Position numbers and translations under genes: made by a program
The notes under the pieces: model-generated
The model's database searches: none
What the model saw: the letters and a program-made list of their open reading frames with translations, nothing else
What the model was told of the DNA's origin: nothing
In this document: positions 1 to 10,469 of the stretch, one piece after another
Layout: every line of letters begins with the position of its first letter
How positions within the stretch are numbered: position 1 is the first letter of the stretch
Assembly (NCBI GenBank): GCA_038209695.1
Contig: JBBQXL010000005.1
Location: 2,181 to 66,180 of the forward strand
Length of the DNA stretch: 64,000 bases
Reading direction: 5' to 3'
Source: Hyphomicrobiales bacterium
GTDB taxonomy: Bacteria; Pseudomonadota; Alphaproteobacteria; Rhizobiales; Methyloligellaceae

Positions 1-33
1 GCAAAGTGATCCGTCACGCGCTGAACGAGACGC

Positions 34-1228
<1,195 letters not shown>

Positions 1229-1250
1229 CTGAGGAGGACATCGGCCCGCC

Positions 1251-2006
1251 ATGACCAAGGATATCGTCATGCTGCACGGCGCCAACGCGGGCGGCTGGTG
1301 CTTCGATAAGTTCAAGGCGGTATTCGAGGGGCTGGGCTGGAGGTGCCACACCCCCGACCTGATCGGCCACGGCAGCAAAGTTGCGGACGCGGCCAAGACC
1401 TTGGTCGGAATCGGCATGGTCGATTATCGCGCCGAGCTCGAAGCTTTCCTCAACACCCTGCCGCCCCGGCCGGTGCTGCTCGGCCATTCCATGGGGGCGG
1501 TGCTCGCCCAGCAATTGGCGGCGCAGGGCCTCGCCCGTGCGCTGATCCTGGTGGCGCCGGCGCCGCGGGCCGGCATCCTGCCGCCGACCGAGGCCGAGAA
1601 GAATCTCGACCGGGACCTGATGGGGCTCGGCAGCTTCTGGAACAGCGTCATCAATCCCGATTTCGATCTCGCCCGCATCTACACGCTCAACTGCGTGCCC
1701 GAGGCCGAGCAGCGCGCCGTGTTCGACCGATTCGGCCCTGAATCGGGCCGCGCCTTTTTCGAGCTGTTTTTCTGGATGTTCGATCGAACCGGCGCGACCG
1801 CGGTCGATACCGATGCCGTGACCGGTCCGGTGCTATGCCTGGTGGGCGCCGACGACCGCCTCGTGTCGCCGCAAACCGCGCGCCAGACGGCACATGCCTA
1901 TCGCGATGCCACGTTCTGGGAACTCGGCGGCCACGGCCATCTGCTCGTGCTCGAGCCGGGTGCCGAGGACCTCGCGCGGCGCATCGCCGATTGGATTCCG
2001 GCCTAA
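1251..2006 (+). CDS. Alpha/beta fold hydrolase
   Basis: HGA oxyanion motif, GHSMG nucleophile elbow, C-terminal GHGH; RBS GAGGAGG. Confidence 0.9.
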   Translation: MTKDIVMLHGANAGGWCFDKFKAVFEGLGWRCHTPDLIGHGSKVADAAKTLVGIGMVDYRAELEAFLNTLPPRPVLLGHSMGAVLAQQLAAQGLARALILVAPAPRAGILPPTEAEKNLDRDLMGLGSFWNSVINPDFDLARIYTLNCVPEAEQRAVFDRFGPESGRAFFELFFWMFDRTGATAVDTDAVTGPVLCLVGADDRLVSPQTARQTAHAYRDATFWELGGHGHLLVLEPGAEDLARRIADWIPA

Positions 2007-2692
2007 AGCTGGTCTTCGTCGGGCAGGGGCAGCTCGGCCCCGTTGGTGAGCAGCCGCAGCGCCCGCTCGATCGGGCTGAACGAGCGGCGGTGATGGGTGC
2101 ACACGCCGTGCTTCTCGATCGCGGCCGCATGTTGCCGCGTGCCGTAGCCTTTGTTGCTCTCCCAGCCATAGCGGCGGTAGCGGCGCGCAAGCTTCACCAT
2201 CATCCGGTCGCGCGTCACCTTGGCCACGATCGAGGCCGCGGCAACCGACAGCGACAGCCCGTCGCCGCCGATCACGGCGCGCGCGGGGCAGGGGAAGCGG
2301 CGCGGAATGATATTGCCGTCGATCAGCGCGCAGCCCGCGGGTATGCCGAGTCCGCGATAGGCCGCCCGCATGCCCCACAGGCTCGCCTGAAGAATATTGT
2401 CGCGGTCGATCCGCCTGACATGCCCGACCACCACCGACACGATCGCGGTGGCGATGATCTCGGCATAACGATCCTCGCGCGTTTCCGGCGAGAGCACCTT
2501 CGAGTCGTTGAGGCCTTCGGGAATCCGGTTGGGATTGAGGATCACGGCCGCGACCACCACCGGCCCGGCCCATGGCCCGCGTCCGGCCTCGTCGATGCCG
2601 GCCACCGGCCCATGATATTGGGCCATCAACTCGGCCTCGTAATCGAAGCAGGGTTGGGGGCGAAGCAGCAGCGACTCGGCGGGTAGTCCCAT
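2003..2692 (-). CDS. rnhB: Ribonuclease HII
   Basis: GIDEAGRGPWAGPVV, LNDSK, AAASIVAKVTRD, NKGYGT, HRRSF motifs. Confidence 0.95.
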   Translation of the reverse strand: MGLPAESLLLRPQPCFDYEAELMAQYHGPVAGIDEAGRGPWAGPVVVAAVILNPNRIPEGLNDSKVLSPETREDRYAEIIATAIVSVVVGHVRRIDRDNILQASLWGMRAAYRGLGIPAGCALIDGNIIPRRFPCPARAVIGGDGLSLSVAAASIVAKVTRDRMMVKLARRYRRYGWESNKGYGTRQHAAAIEKHGVCTHHRRSFSPIERALRLLTNGAELPLPDEDQL

Positions 2693-2779
2693 GGTCCGGG
2701 ACTCTGACGCAAAGCGCGCGCCGTTGGCAACTCGGACGTGGTACGGCCGCCGGTCTTGTGGAAAACCGCCGGGCGCTGG

Positions 2780-3541
2780 TTACGCTCGGCGCGGGTGGCT
2801 GCCCGCTCTTTGCGGGAAAACCAGGATGCAGCCAATCATCAGCGCCGCAATGACCGCCGTGGCGACGGGCCGGCTCCAGGCCAGGCCGCCTTGGTCCAAC
2901 GGCTTATCGATAAAATCGCCGACCGTAGCGCCGAGCGGGCGGGTCAGAATGAAGGCGGCCCAGAACAGCAGCACGTGCGATATGTCGGTCCAATAATAAG
3001 CGGCAATCAGCACCGCCAAGCTGGCAGCGAACACCAGCGCGCCGCCTTCATAGCCAAGGCCCGAGTCGGCGAGCCAGTCGCCGAGCGCGGTTCCCAGAGT
3101 CTGTGAGACGGTGATGGCCGCCCAGTAGAACGCCTCCACCTTTGGCGTGCTCACCGTTTGCACCGAGATCGAACCGAGCGACCAATACCAAAGGCCAAGA
3201 ACCGCCATCAGGCCGGCGAACAAGATCAACGAACCGCCAGGATAGCCGACGCCCAGCGAGCGGGTGGCGAAGTCGGCCATCGTGGTGCCGGCGGTCGTCG
3301 ACGCCACGATCGTCGCCCAATAGAGGAAGGGGTGGAATTTCTTCGCGGCAATCTGGATGAGGACCAGCATCACCAGGACGGTGAGGAAAATCGCCGTGCT
3401 GACGAGATAGCCCAGGTCCCAAGTCATGCTCACCGTGTCGCCGCCGGTCTCGCCAAGCGTGGTGGCGAGGATCTTGATGATCCAAAAGCCCAGCGTGACT
3501 GCTGGGACTTTGGTCAGAGAGTCATTGGAAATCTGCGTCAC
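2780..3541 (-). CDS. COG4705/DUF347-type integral membrane protein
   Basis: KVPAVTLGFWIIKILATTLGETGGD and LTRPLGATVGD repeats; multiple TM segments. Confidence 0.8.
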   Translation of the reverse strand: MTQISNDSLTKVPAVTLGFWIIKILATTLGETGGDTVSMTWDLGYLVSTAIFLTVLVMLVLIQIAAKKFHPFLYWATIVASTTAGTTMADFATRSLGVGYPGGSLILFAGLMAVLGLWYWSLGSISVQTVSTPKVEAFYWAAITVSQTLGTALGDWLADSGLGYEGGALVFAASLAVLIAAYYWTDISHVLLFWAAFILTRPLGATVGDFIDKPLDQGGLAWSRPVATAVIAALMIGCILVFPQRAGSHPRRA

Positions 3542-3644
3542 AGCCCGCTGCTCCCGGCTCCCGGCGCGCGTTTTGGCACCGCGCCACGGCGACCGTAATG
3601 CGGGCTATCGCCACATCAACCAAAATCGGGCGGGGGCCGGGTTT

Positions 3645-4769
3645 TTACAGGAGCTTGAGTTGCTGGCCGGGCAGGGTCGGCGGCGTGAACAGATCGGTGC
3701 GCAACTCGACCGAAGCCTGGTTGAGCCCCAGCCGCTCGGCGGCGAGTTCGAATCTCCGGCCGATCATCCAGGCATAGGGACCTTCGCCGGTCATGCGCTC
3801 GCCCCATTTCGCCTCGTACAGCCGGCCGCCGCGGGTCGAGCGCATCAGCGACAGCACGCGGTTGGCCCGGTCCGGGCAGTTGGCCTTGAGCCATTCGGTG
3901 AACAGATCGCCGATCTCGAGCGGCAGCCGGAGCAGCACGTAGCCGGCCTGGCGGGCGCCGGAAGCGGCCGCGCGTTCGAGGATGCGCTCCATCTCCATAT
4001 CGGTCAGGCCGGGAATGACCGGCGCCACCATCACCGAGGCCGGCACGCCGGCATCGGCCAGACGCTGCACCGTCTCGAGCCGTTTGTCGGGCGTGCTCGC
4101 CCGCGGCTCCATGGCGCGTGCCAGCCTGCGGTCGAGCGTGGTCACCGATAGCGCCACCTTGACCAGACCGCGCTCGGCCATCGAGCTGAGCAGATCGAGA
4201 TCGCGCAACACCAGCGACGACTTGGTGACGATGCCGACCGGATGGTTGGCCGCGCTCAACACTTCCAGAATGCGGCGCATGATCCGGTAGCGCCGCTCGA
4301 TCGGCTGATACGGGTCGGTATTGGTGCCGATGGCAATGGTGCGGACGGAATAGCGGGGATCGGCCAGCTCGCGCGTCAGAGCCTCGGCGGCATTGGTCTT
4401 GGCGAATAGCTTGGTCTCGAAATCGAGCCCCGGCGACAGCCCCAGAAAGGCGTGGGTCGGTCGCGCGAAGCAGTAGATGCAGCCATGATCGCAGCCCCGG
4501 TAGGGATTGATCGAGCGGTCAAAGCCGATATCGGGGGATTCGTTGCGCGTGATGATGCGCCTGGCCGGCACCTCTTGCACTTCGGTGGCGAGCGCGTCGA
4601 GTTCGCCGAGCGACTCCCAGCCGTCATCGACCGGCTCATAACCGACCGGCTCGAACCGGCCGGAGCGGTTGGTCTGCGCGCCTCTGCCGTGTCGGCGGCC
4701 GGCGGCGACGCCGCCGTTTTCGAGCGGGTAGCTCTCCGAATCGGGTGCTTTTCTGAGCGCAATCGACAT
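3645..4769 (-). CDS. PA0069/Rv2578c-family radical SAM protein (SplB-like, DNA-repair associated)
   Basis: NPYRGCDHGCIYCFARPTH (CxxxCxxC), GTNTDPYQP. Start set at ATG 4769 (MSIALRK). Confidence 0.9.
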   Translation of the reverse strand: MSIALRKAPDSESYPLENGGVAAGRRHGRGAQTNRSGRFEPVGYEPVDDGWESLGELDALATEVQEVPARRIITRNESPDIGFDRSINPYRGCDHGCIYCFARPTHAFLGLSPGLDFETKLFAKTNAAEALTRELADPRYSVRTIAIGTNTDPYQPIERRYRIMRRILEVLSAANHPVGIVTKSSLVLRDLDLLSSMAERGLVKVALSVTTLDRRLARAMEPRASTPDKRLETVQRLADAGVPASVMVAPVIPGLTDMEMERILERAAASGARQAGYVLLRLPLEIGDLFTEWLKANCPDRANRVLSLMRSTRGGRLYEAKWGERMTGEGPYAWMIGRRFELAAERLGLNQASVELRTDLFTPPTLPGQQLKLL

Positions 4770-4793
4770 GTGCTCTATATAGTTACTCCGTTG

Positions 4794-4808
4794 GAACAAA
4801 GCAAGAAC
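4794..4808 (-). promoter_or_regulatory. LexA (SOS) box
   Basis: GAAC-AAAGCAA-GAAC, i.e. GTTC-N7-GTTC on the minus strand, 25 bp upstream of the radical SAM start. Confidence 0.85.
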
Positions 4809-4866
4809 ATATTCAAGGCCCGACGGGACGATTGCCCGGCAAGGGCCAGACGCTATAGTTCGCGCC

Positions 4867-5556
4867 ATGATTTCGGTGATCATCCCGACCCTCAATGCCG
4901 AGCGTACTCTGGCGCATAGCCTTGCCGCCCTTGTGCCCGCGGTGGTCGACGGTATCGTGCAGGAGGCGATCCTGGTCGACGGCGGCTCGACCGACGAGAC
5001 CCGCGCCATCGCCGATGCCGCCGGCGCCCATCTGATCGACGCCAGGCGCGGACGGGGATCGCAGCTGGAAGCGGGCGCAAACGAGGCGCGGGGGGACTGG
5101 CTGCTGTTCCTCCATGCCGACACCGTGCTCGAACCGGGCTGGGCCGAGGAGGCGCAGAGCTTAATGGAGCGGGTCGAGAGCGGCAGGCGCCCTCAGGCCG
5201 CGGCGGCCTTCTGCTTTGCGCTGGACGATGACGGCCTGATGCCGCGCTTCGTCGAATGGCTGGTGGGGTTGCGCTGCCATGTGCTGGCGCTGCCCTATGG
5301 CGATCAAGGTCTCCTCATCTCGCGCAATCTCTATCACCGGCTCGGCGGCTTCCGGCCCTTGCCGCTGATGGAGGATGTCGACCTGGTGCGGCGGCTCAAG
5401 CGGCGCGAATTGGTGATGCTGCAATCGCGCGCGGTGACCAGCGGCGAGCGTTATCGGCGCGAAGGCTATCTCGCGCGGACCCTGCGCAATCTTGGTTGCA
5501 TGGTGCTCTATTACCTACGCGTGCCGCCGCGGGTGCTTGCGCGGCTTTATGGCTAG
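4867..5556 (+). CDS. GT2 glycosyltransferase, TIGR04283-like
   Basis: ISVIIPTLN, DGGSTD, LLFLHADT, LPYGDQG, PLMEDV motifs. Confidence 0.88.
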   Translation: MISVIIPTLNAERTLAHSLAALVPAVVDGIVQEAILVDGGSTDETRAIADAAGAHLIDARRGRGSQLEAGANEARGDWLLFLHADTVLEPGWAEEAQSLMERVESGRRPQAAAAFCFALDDDGLMPRFVEWLVGLRCHVLALPYGDQGLLISRNLYHRLGGFRPLPLMEDVDLVRRLKRRELVMLQSRAVTSGERYRREGYLARTLRNLGCMVLYYLRVPPRVLARLYG

Positions 5557-6205
5557 GCGACACGCCGGGTCGCCGCGCCGCGCGAGCTTCGTCAAGCATC
5601 TGATCATCATGGCCAAGAGCCCGCAGCTGGGCCGCGTGAAGCGCCGGCTCGGACGCGACATCGGCGACGTCGCCGCGCTCCGCTTCTATCGCTTCTGCCT
5701 GTCTCATGCCGTGTTGCGGCTGGCGAGTGACCGGCGATGGCGCACGGTGCTGGCCATCGATGCCGACCGCGACACCGCTGCGCGCATCTGGCCGTCCCGG
5801 CGGCAGGTCGATCGTGTGCCGCAAGGGCAGGGCGATCTCGGCCGACGCATGCAGCGCCTGCTCGTGAATTTGCCGCCGGGACCGGCGATCATCGTCGGCA
5901 GCGACATCCCGGCCATCCGTGCGCATCACATTGCCGAGGCCTTCAAGCTGCTCGGCGGCGGCGATGCCGTGCTCGGGCCGGCACGCGACGGCGGCTACTG
6001 GCTGGTCGGACTGAAGCGGAGTCCAACAGTGTTGAGGCCCTTTGCCGGCGTCCGCTGGTCGAGCCCGCACGCTCTTGCTGACACGCTCAAAAATCTCGCG
6101 GGCAGGCGCGTCGGCTTCGCCGCTTTGCTGTGCGATGTCGATACTGCCGAGGCTTGGCGGCGCGAGCGCGCCCATGCTGAGCGGCTCATCGCCCCGGCGA
6201 CATGA
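5549..6205 (+). CDS. TIGR04282/DUF2064-like transferase
   Basis: AKSPQLGRVKRRL, QGDLGRRM, IVGSDIP, LGPARDGGYWLVG, DVDT. Start overlaps the upstream stop. Confidence 0.85.
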   Translation: MARRHAGSPRRASFVKHLIIMAKSPQLGRVKRRLGRDIGDVAALRFYRFCLSHAVLRLASDRRWRTVLAIDADRDTAARIWPSRRQVDRVPQGQGDLGRRMQRLLVNLPPGPAIIVGSDIPAIRAHHIAEAFKLLGGGDAVLGPARDGGYWLVGLKRSPTVLRPFAGVRWSSPHALADTLKNLAGRRVGFAALLCDVDTAEAWRRERAHAERLIAPAT

Positions 6206-6225
6206 ATGTCGCACCAGTAACGCGT

Positions 6226-6240
6226 TTAATCTAACTTTAA
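6226..6240 (+). promoter_or_regulatory. CtrA-type box
   Basis: TTAA-TCTAACT-TTAA, 45 bp upstream of the diguanylate cyclase start. Confidence 0.75.
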
Positions 6241-6285
6241 GGAGGCTGGGCTAACTGCTTGCAATCCTGAGTAAAGGAAGCGCTC

Positions 6286-7221
6286 ATGCGCATCGCGTTA
6301 GTTGATCCTAGCCGTACAACGCGATTGATCGTGGCTCGCATGCTTGAAGCACGCGGGCACGAGGTGCTGCCGTTCTCCGATGAGCTTGACGCTCTTGCTC
6401 AGATCAGGACCGATCCTTGCATCGATGCCCTGATTACCAGCGCCGAGCTCAAACATATATCGGGTGTCGAACTGTGCTGGGAGACAAGGCTGCTCGCCAC
6501 CTGCCGGCGTCCGATCTATGTGCTGATGATGTCCAGCCAATACGATCAGCGCAGCCTGATCGAGGCGCTGGATTCCGGCGCCGACGATTTCATCGGCAAG
6601 CCGCCTTCGGCCGAGGAGCTTGGCGCCCGGCTGCGCGCCGCGGAGCGCATCATGTCCATGCAGCGCGAGTTGCTTCGTCTGGCCACCACCGATCCGCTGA
6701 CCGGCTTATGCAATCGCCGCGGCTTCTTCGAGCAGGCGACCGAAGCTTGCGCGCGGCTCATTCCGCCCGACGGCAGTCTGTCGGCTATCATCCTCGACAT
6801 TGATAATTTCAAGCTCATCAACGATTCTTACGGTCATGAGACCGGCGACGCGGCGATCCGCATCTGCGCGCGCGCCGCACGCCTGGAAAAAGCGGTGGCG
6901 GGACGCCTCGGCGGTGACGAGTTCGCCCTACTCCTCGAAGATAAGACCTTGACGCAAGCGATCGAGGTTGCCGAGGGCCTGAGACTGAAATTGGCCGGGC
7001 GCCCGTTCGATACCGGCAACGCCCGCATCACTCTGACCTGGAGCATCGGGGTCGGCGAGGGGCGGTCGGGCGACAGCGTGGACCAGATTCTGGCCCGCGC
7101 CGATGCCGCGCTGTACGACGCCAAGCTCGGCGGCCGCAATCGCGTGGTCGGCGCTCATGCCGGCATTCTGACACGGCCGGCCGTGGTCGCCAACGGGCTT
7201 GCCCGCGCCTCCGCGCTCTGA
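6286..7221 (+). CDS. Receiver-GGDEF diguanylate cyclase (atypical receiver)
   Basis: N-terminal REC fold (GADDFIGKP), TDPLTGLCNRR, DIDNFK, RLGGDEF. Confidence 0.9.
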   Translation: MRIALVDPSRTTRLIVARMLEARGHEVLPFSDELDALAQIRTDPCIDALITSAELKHISGVELCWETRLLATCRRPIYVLMMSSQYDQRSLIEALDSGADDFIGKPPSAEELGARLRAAERIMSMQRELLRLATTDPLTGLCNRRGFFEQATEACARLIPPDGSLSAIILDIDNFKLINDSYGHETGDAAIRICARAARLEKAVAGRLGGDEFALLLEDKTLTQAIEVAEGLRLKLAGRPFDTGNARITLTWSIGVGEGRSGDSVDQILARADAALYDAKLGGRNRVVGAHAGILTRPAVVANGLARASAL

Positions 7222-7782
7222 TCATTTCTCCGCGTCGTTAGCTCTCTCCTTCCGGTGCTCCTCGAGCCGCGGCATGATTTCCACGAACGAGCAGGGGCGG
7301 TGGCGGTTGTCGAGCTGCGATTTGAGGATGCCCTCCCAGGCGTCCCGGCACGCGCCCGGCGAGCCCGGCACGCAGAAAATATAGGTGCCGTTGGCCAAGC
7401 CGCCGCAGGCGCGCGATTGCACCGTCGAGGTGCCGACCTTCTGGTAGCTCAGCATGTGGAACAGCGCCGAGAAGCCGTCGATCTCCTTCTCGAATAGCGG
7501 CTTGACCGCTTCCGGGGTGACGTCGCGCCCGGTGAAGCCGGTGCCGCCGGTGGTGATCACCACATCGACTTGCGGGTCCTTGATCCAGCGCTTGACTTGC
7601 TTGCGGATCGCTTTCTGGTCGTCCTCGACGATGGCGTGCTCGGCCAGCTCGTGACCGGCTTCCTCGATCATGCCGACCAGCAGTGGACCAGATTTGTCGG
7701 TCTTATGGGTACGCGTGTCCGACACCGTGAGCACGGCGATCCGCACCGGGATGAAGGGTCTGCTCTCGTCGCTGCGGCTCAT
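7222..7782 (-). CDS. moaB: Molybdenum cofactor biosynthesis protein B
   Basis: [32 protein letters not shown]. Confidence 0.93.
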   Translation of the reverse strand: MSRSDESRPFIPVRIAVLTVSDTRTHKTDKSGPLLVGMIEEAGHELAEHAIVEDDQKAIRKQVKRWIKDPQVDVVITTGGTGFTGRDVTPEAVKPLFEKEIDGFSALFHMLSYQKVGTSTVQSRACGGLANGTYIFCVPGSPGACRDAWEGILKSQLDNRHRPCSFVEIMPRLEEHRKERANDAEK

Positions 7783-8546
7783 GTCTCAAGCCTTTCCTTG
7801 ACCATCAGCAGGTCGCGCCAAACCAGCCGTTTGTCGGCAGGCGTGCGCAAGAGATAGGCGGGATGCAGCGTGGCCAGCGTGGCAATGTCGCGGCCCGCGC
7901 TCGGATAAGACAGCCATTTGCCGCGCAGCCGCATGATGCCCTCGGTCACGCCGAGAATGGTCTTGGCCGCGGCGCCGCCGAGCAGCACCAGCACATCGGG
8001 AGCGAGCAGCTCGATCTGCCGGGCCAGGAACGGCGCGCAGTCCTCGACCTCCGCCGGGGTTGGCGTGCGGTTGCCCGGCGGCCGCCAATAGACTGTGTTG
8101 GTGATGTAGACGTGTTCCTCGGTCAGACCGATCGCTGCCAGCATACGGTCGAGCAGTTGCCCCGCGCGGCCGACGAACGGCTTACCGCTGAGGTCCTCGT
8201 CGCGGCCGGGCGCTTCGCCGATCAACATCAGTCGAGCATCCTCGCGTCCGCGCGCGAAGCACAAGCTCTTGGCCGTGCGCTTGAGCGGGCAGCCATCGAA
8301 CGCAGCGGCCAGGGCCTGGAGCTCGGCAAGACTGGCGGCCTGAGCAATGCTGGCCGGGTCTATGCTGGTGATGACCGCCGGCGGCTGCGGTCCGGCGCGT
8401 GGCCTCGGTTCGGCGCAAACGGGGGAGGGCGCGGGCATCGGCACGGCAAAGCAGTCGACCGGCTGCTCGCCGATCGCCTCGTCGACGCCCATCGCCGCGT
8501 ACCAGGCCAATAAGGCTTGAACCGTCTGTCGTTCCGTTGCAGTCAT
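7779..8546 (-). CDS. Uracil-DNA glycosylase family 4
   Basis: [33 protein letters not shown]. Start set at MTATE. Confidence 0.92.
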   Translation of the reverse strand: MTATERQTVQALLAWYAAMGVDEAIGEQPVDCFAVPMPAPSPVCAEPRPRAGPQPPAVITSIDPASIAQAASLAELQALAAAFDGCPLKRTAKSLCFARGREDARLMLIGEAPGRDEDLSGKPFVGRAGQLLDRMLAAIGLTEEHVYITNTVYWRPPGNRTPTPAEVEDCAPFLARQIELLAPDVLVLLGGAAAKTILGVTEGIMRLRGKWLSYPSAGRDIATLATLHPAYLLRTPADKRLVWRDLLMVKERLET

Positions 8547-8590
8547 TCGCTGTCTTTGGCGCTCCCGGCGCCTCATACCATATTGAGGGA

Positions 8591-8620
8591 TACTGGAGTC
8601 CTGCGCTGGCGGGAATGACT
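8591..8620 (-). repeat. REP-like palindromic half element (GTCATTCCCGC...TCCAGTA type)
   Basis: Reverse complement reads AGTCATTCCCGCCAGCGCAGGACTCCAGTA, resembling alphaproteobacterial intergenic palindromic repeats. Confidence 0.55.
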
Positions 8621-8641
8621 CCTCTTATTTGGAGCAAAACC

Positions 8642-10318
8642 TTGAGCGAAGCGACCGAGCCGGAAGCCGCCGAACGCGAGACCATGGAGTTTGACGTCGT
8701 CATTGTCGGCGCCGGACCGGCCGGGCTCGCCGCCGCCATCAGGCTCAAGCAGCTTGCCGCCGACCAGGGCAAGGATATTTCCGTGGTGGTGCTGGAGAAG
8801 GGCTCCGAGGTCGGCGCCCATATCCTGTCCGGCGCGGTGATCGATCCGGTCGCGCTCGATCGCCTGCTGCCCGATTGGCGCACTATGGGCTCCCCGCTCG
8901 AGACCCAAGTCAGCGAGGACCGCTTCTACTACCTGTGGAAGAGCGGCGGCATCCGCGTGCCCAATATCTTCATGCCGCCGCTGATGAGCAATCACGGCTG
9001 CTACACCGGCAGCCTCGGCGCCCTGACCAAATGGCTCGCCGAGCAGGCGGAAGCGCTCGGCGTCGAAATCTATCCCGGCTTCGCCGTTGTCGATGTGATG
9101 TTCGGCGCGGGCGGCGAGGTCGAGGGCGTGATCACCGGCGACATGGGCGTGGCCCGCGACGGTAGCCACAAGGACAGCTACACGCCGGGCATCGCACTCG
9201 CCGGCAAATACACCCTGTTCGCCGAGGGTGCCCGCGGATCGCTGTCGAAGATGCTGATCGGCAAGCTCGGCCTCGATGCCGAGTCGGGCCCGCAGAAATT
9301 CGGCATCGGTCTGAAAGAATTGTGGGAGGTGCCGGCTGAGAAGCATAGGCCCGGCTTGGTGCAGCACACCATGGGCTGGCCGCTCGACGACAAGACCGGT
9401 GGCGGCTCGTTCCTCTACCATTTCGGCGAGAACTTGGTGTCGGTGGGCTTCGTTGTCCATCTCGACTACGCCAATCCCTATACCAACCCGTTCAAGGAAT
9501 TTCAGCGCGCCAAGACCCATCCCTCCATCCGCGCGCATCTCGAGGGCGGCAAGCGCATCGTCTATGGCGCCCGCGCACTGACCGAAGGCGGGCTGCAAGC
9601 TATCCCGCGGCTCGTCTTTCCCGGCGGCGCGCTGATCGGCTGCGCCGCCGGCTTCATGAATGTGCCGCGCATCAAGGGCAGCCACAACGCCATGCTGAGC
9701 GGGATGATGGCGGCGGAAGCCACGTTCGCGGCGATCGGGCAGGGGCGCTCGCGCGACACGCTCGAAGCCTATCCGCAAGCCGTGCAGGTGAGCTCGATGG
9801 CGAACGAGCTGAAACGCGTGCGCAACGTCAAGCCGCTCTGGTCGCGCTTCGGCACCCGCCTCGGCGTCATGCTCGGCGGCATCGACATGTGGCTCAATAC
9901 CATCTTCCCGTTCCTCGGCCACACGCTCAAGCATTTGAAGCCCGACTATGCGAGCCTGCAAAAGGCGGCCGACGCGACGCCGATCGATTACGACAAGCCC
10001 GACGGCGTCGTCAGCTTCGACATTCTCTCGTCGGTGTTCCTGTCGAACACCAATCACGCCGAGAACCAGCCGGTGCATCTCAGGCTCGCCGATCCGTCGA
10101 TCCCGATCGAACAGAATCTCCCCCTCTATGCCGAGCCGGCCCAGCGCTATTGCCCGGCCATGGTCTACGAGGTGGTGGCGGAGGGCGACGGCGAGCGCTT
10201 CCAGATCAACGCCCAGAACTGCGTCCACTGCAAAACCTGCGACGTTAAGGACCCGGCCCAGAACATCACTTGGGTCCCGCCCGAAGGCGGCGACGGACCG
10301 AATTACGTCAATATGTGA
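8642..10318 (+). CDS. Electron transfer flavoprotein-ubiquinone oxidoreductase
   Basis: DVVIVGAGPAGL, EKGSEVGAHILSGA, C-terminal CPA...NCVHCKTC Fe-S motif. TTG start after GGAG. Confidence 0.95.
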   Translation: MSEATEPEAAERETMEFDVVIVGAGPAGLAAAIRLKQLAADQGKDISVVVLEKGSEVGAHILSGAVIDPVALDRLLPDWRTMGSPLETQVSEDRFYYLWKSGGIRVPNIFMPPLMSNHGCYTGSLGALTKWLAEQAEALGVEIYPGFAVVDVMFGAGGEVEGVITGDMGVARDGSHKDSYTPGIALAGKYTLFAEGARGSLSKMLIGKLGLDAESGPQKFGIGLKELWEVPAEKHRPGLVQHTMGWPLDDKTGGGSFLYHFGENLVSVGFVVHLDYANPYTNPFKEFQRAKTHPSIRAHLEGGKRIVYGARALTEGGLQAIPRLVFPGGALIGCAAGFMNVPRIKGSHNAMLSGMMAAEATFAAIGQGRSRDTLEAYPQAVQVSSMANELKRVRNVKPLWSRFGTRLGVMLGGIDMWLNTIFPFLGHTLKHLKPDYASLQKAADATPIDYDKPDGVVSFDILSSVFLSNTNHAENQPVHLRLADPSIPIEQNLPLYAEPAQRYCPAMVYEVVAEGDGERFQINAQNCVHCKTCDVKDPAQNITWVPPEGGDGPNYVNM

Positions 10319-10469
10319 CGCGCGGGCCCGATGCCGCAGTAATCGGCCACAAACCAGCCGCCTTTAGGCTCCAAGCAAGCTTTTGGTTTGTTCGAAAGCC
10401 TAAAAGCGCTAACCTTGGTCGGGGATCCTACAACCGCTGGTTTTGGGGCGGCGTGACAGCCGTAAAAAC

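Noticed and set aside
4867-6205. Complete arsenosugar biosynthesis cluster
   Set aside because: The adjacent radical SAM is PA0069-type, and there is no ArsM or ArsS in the window.
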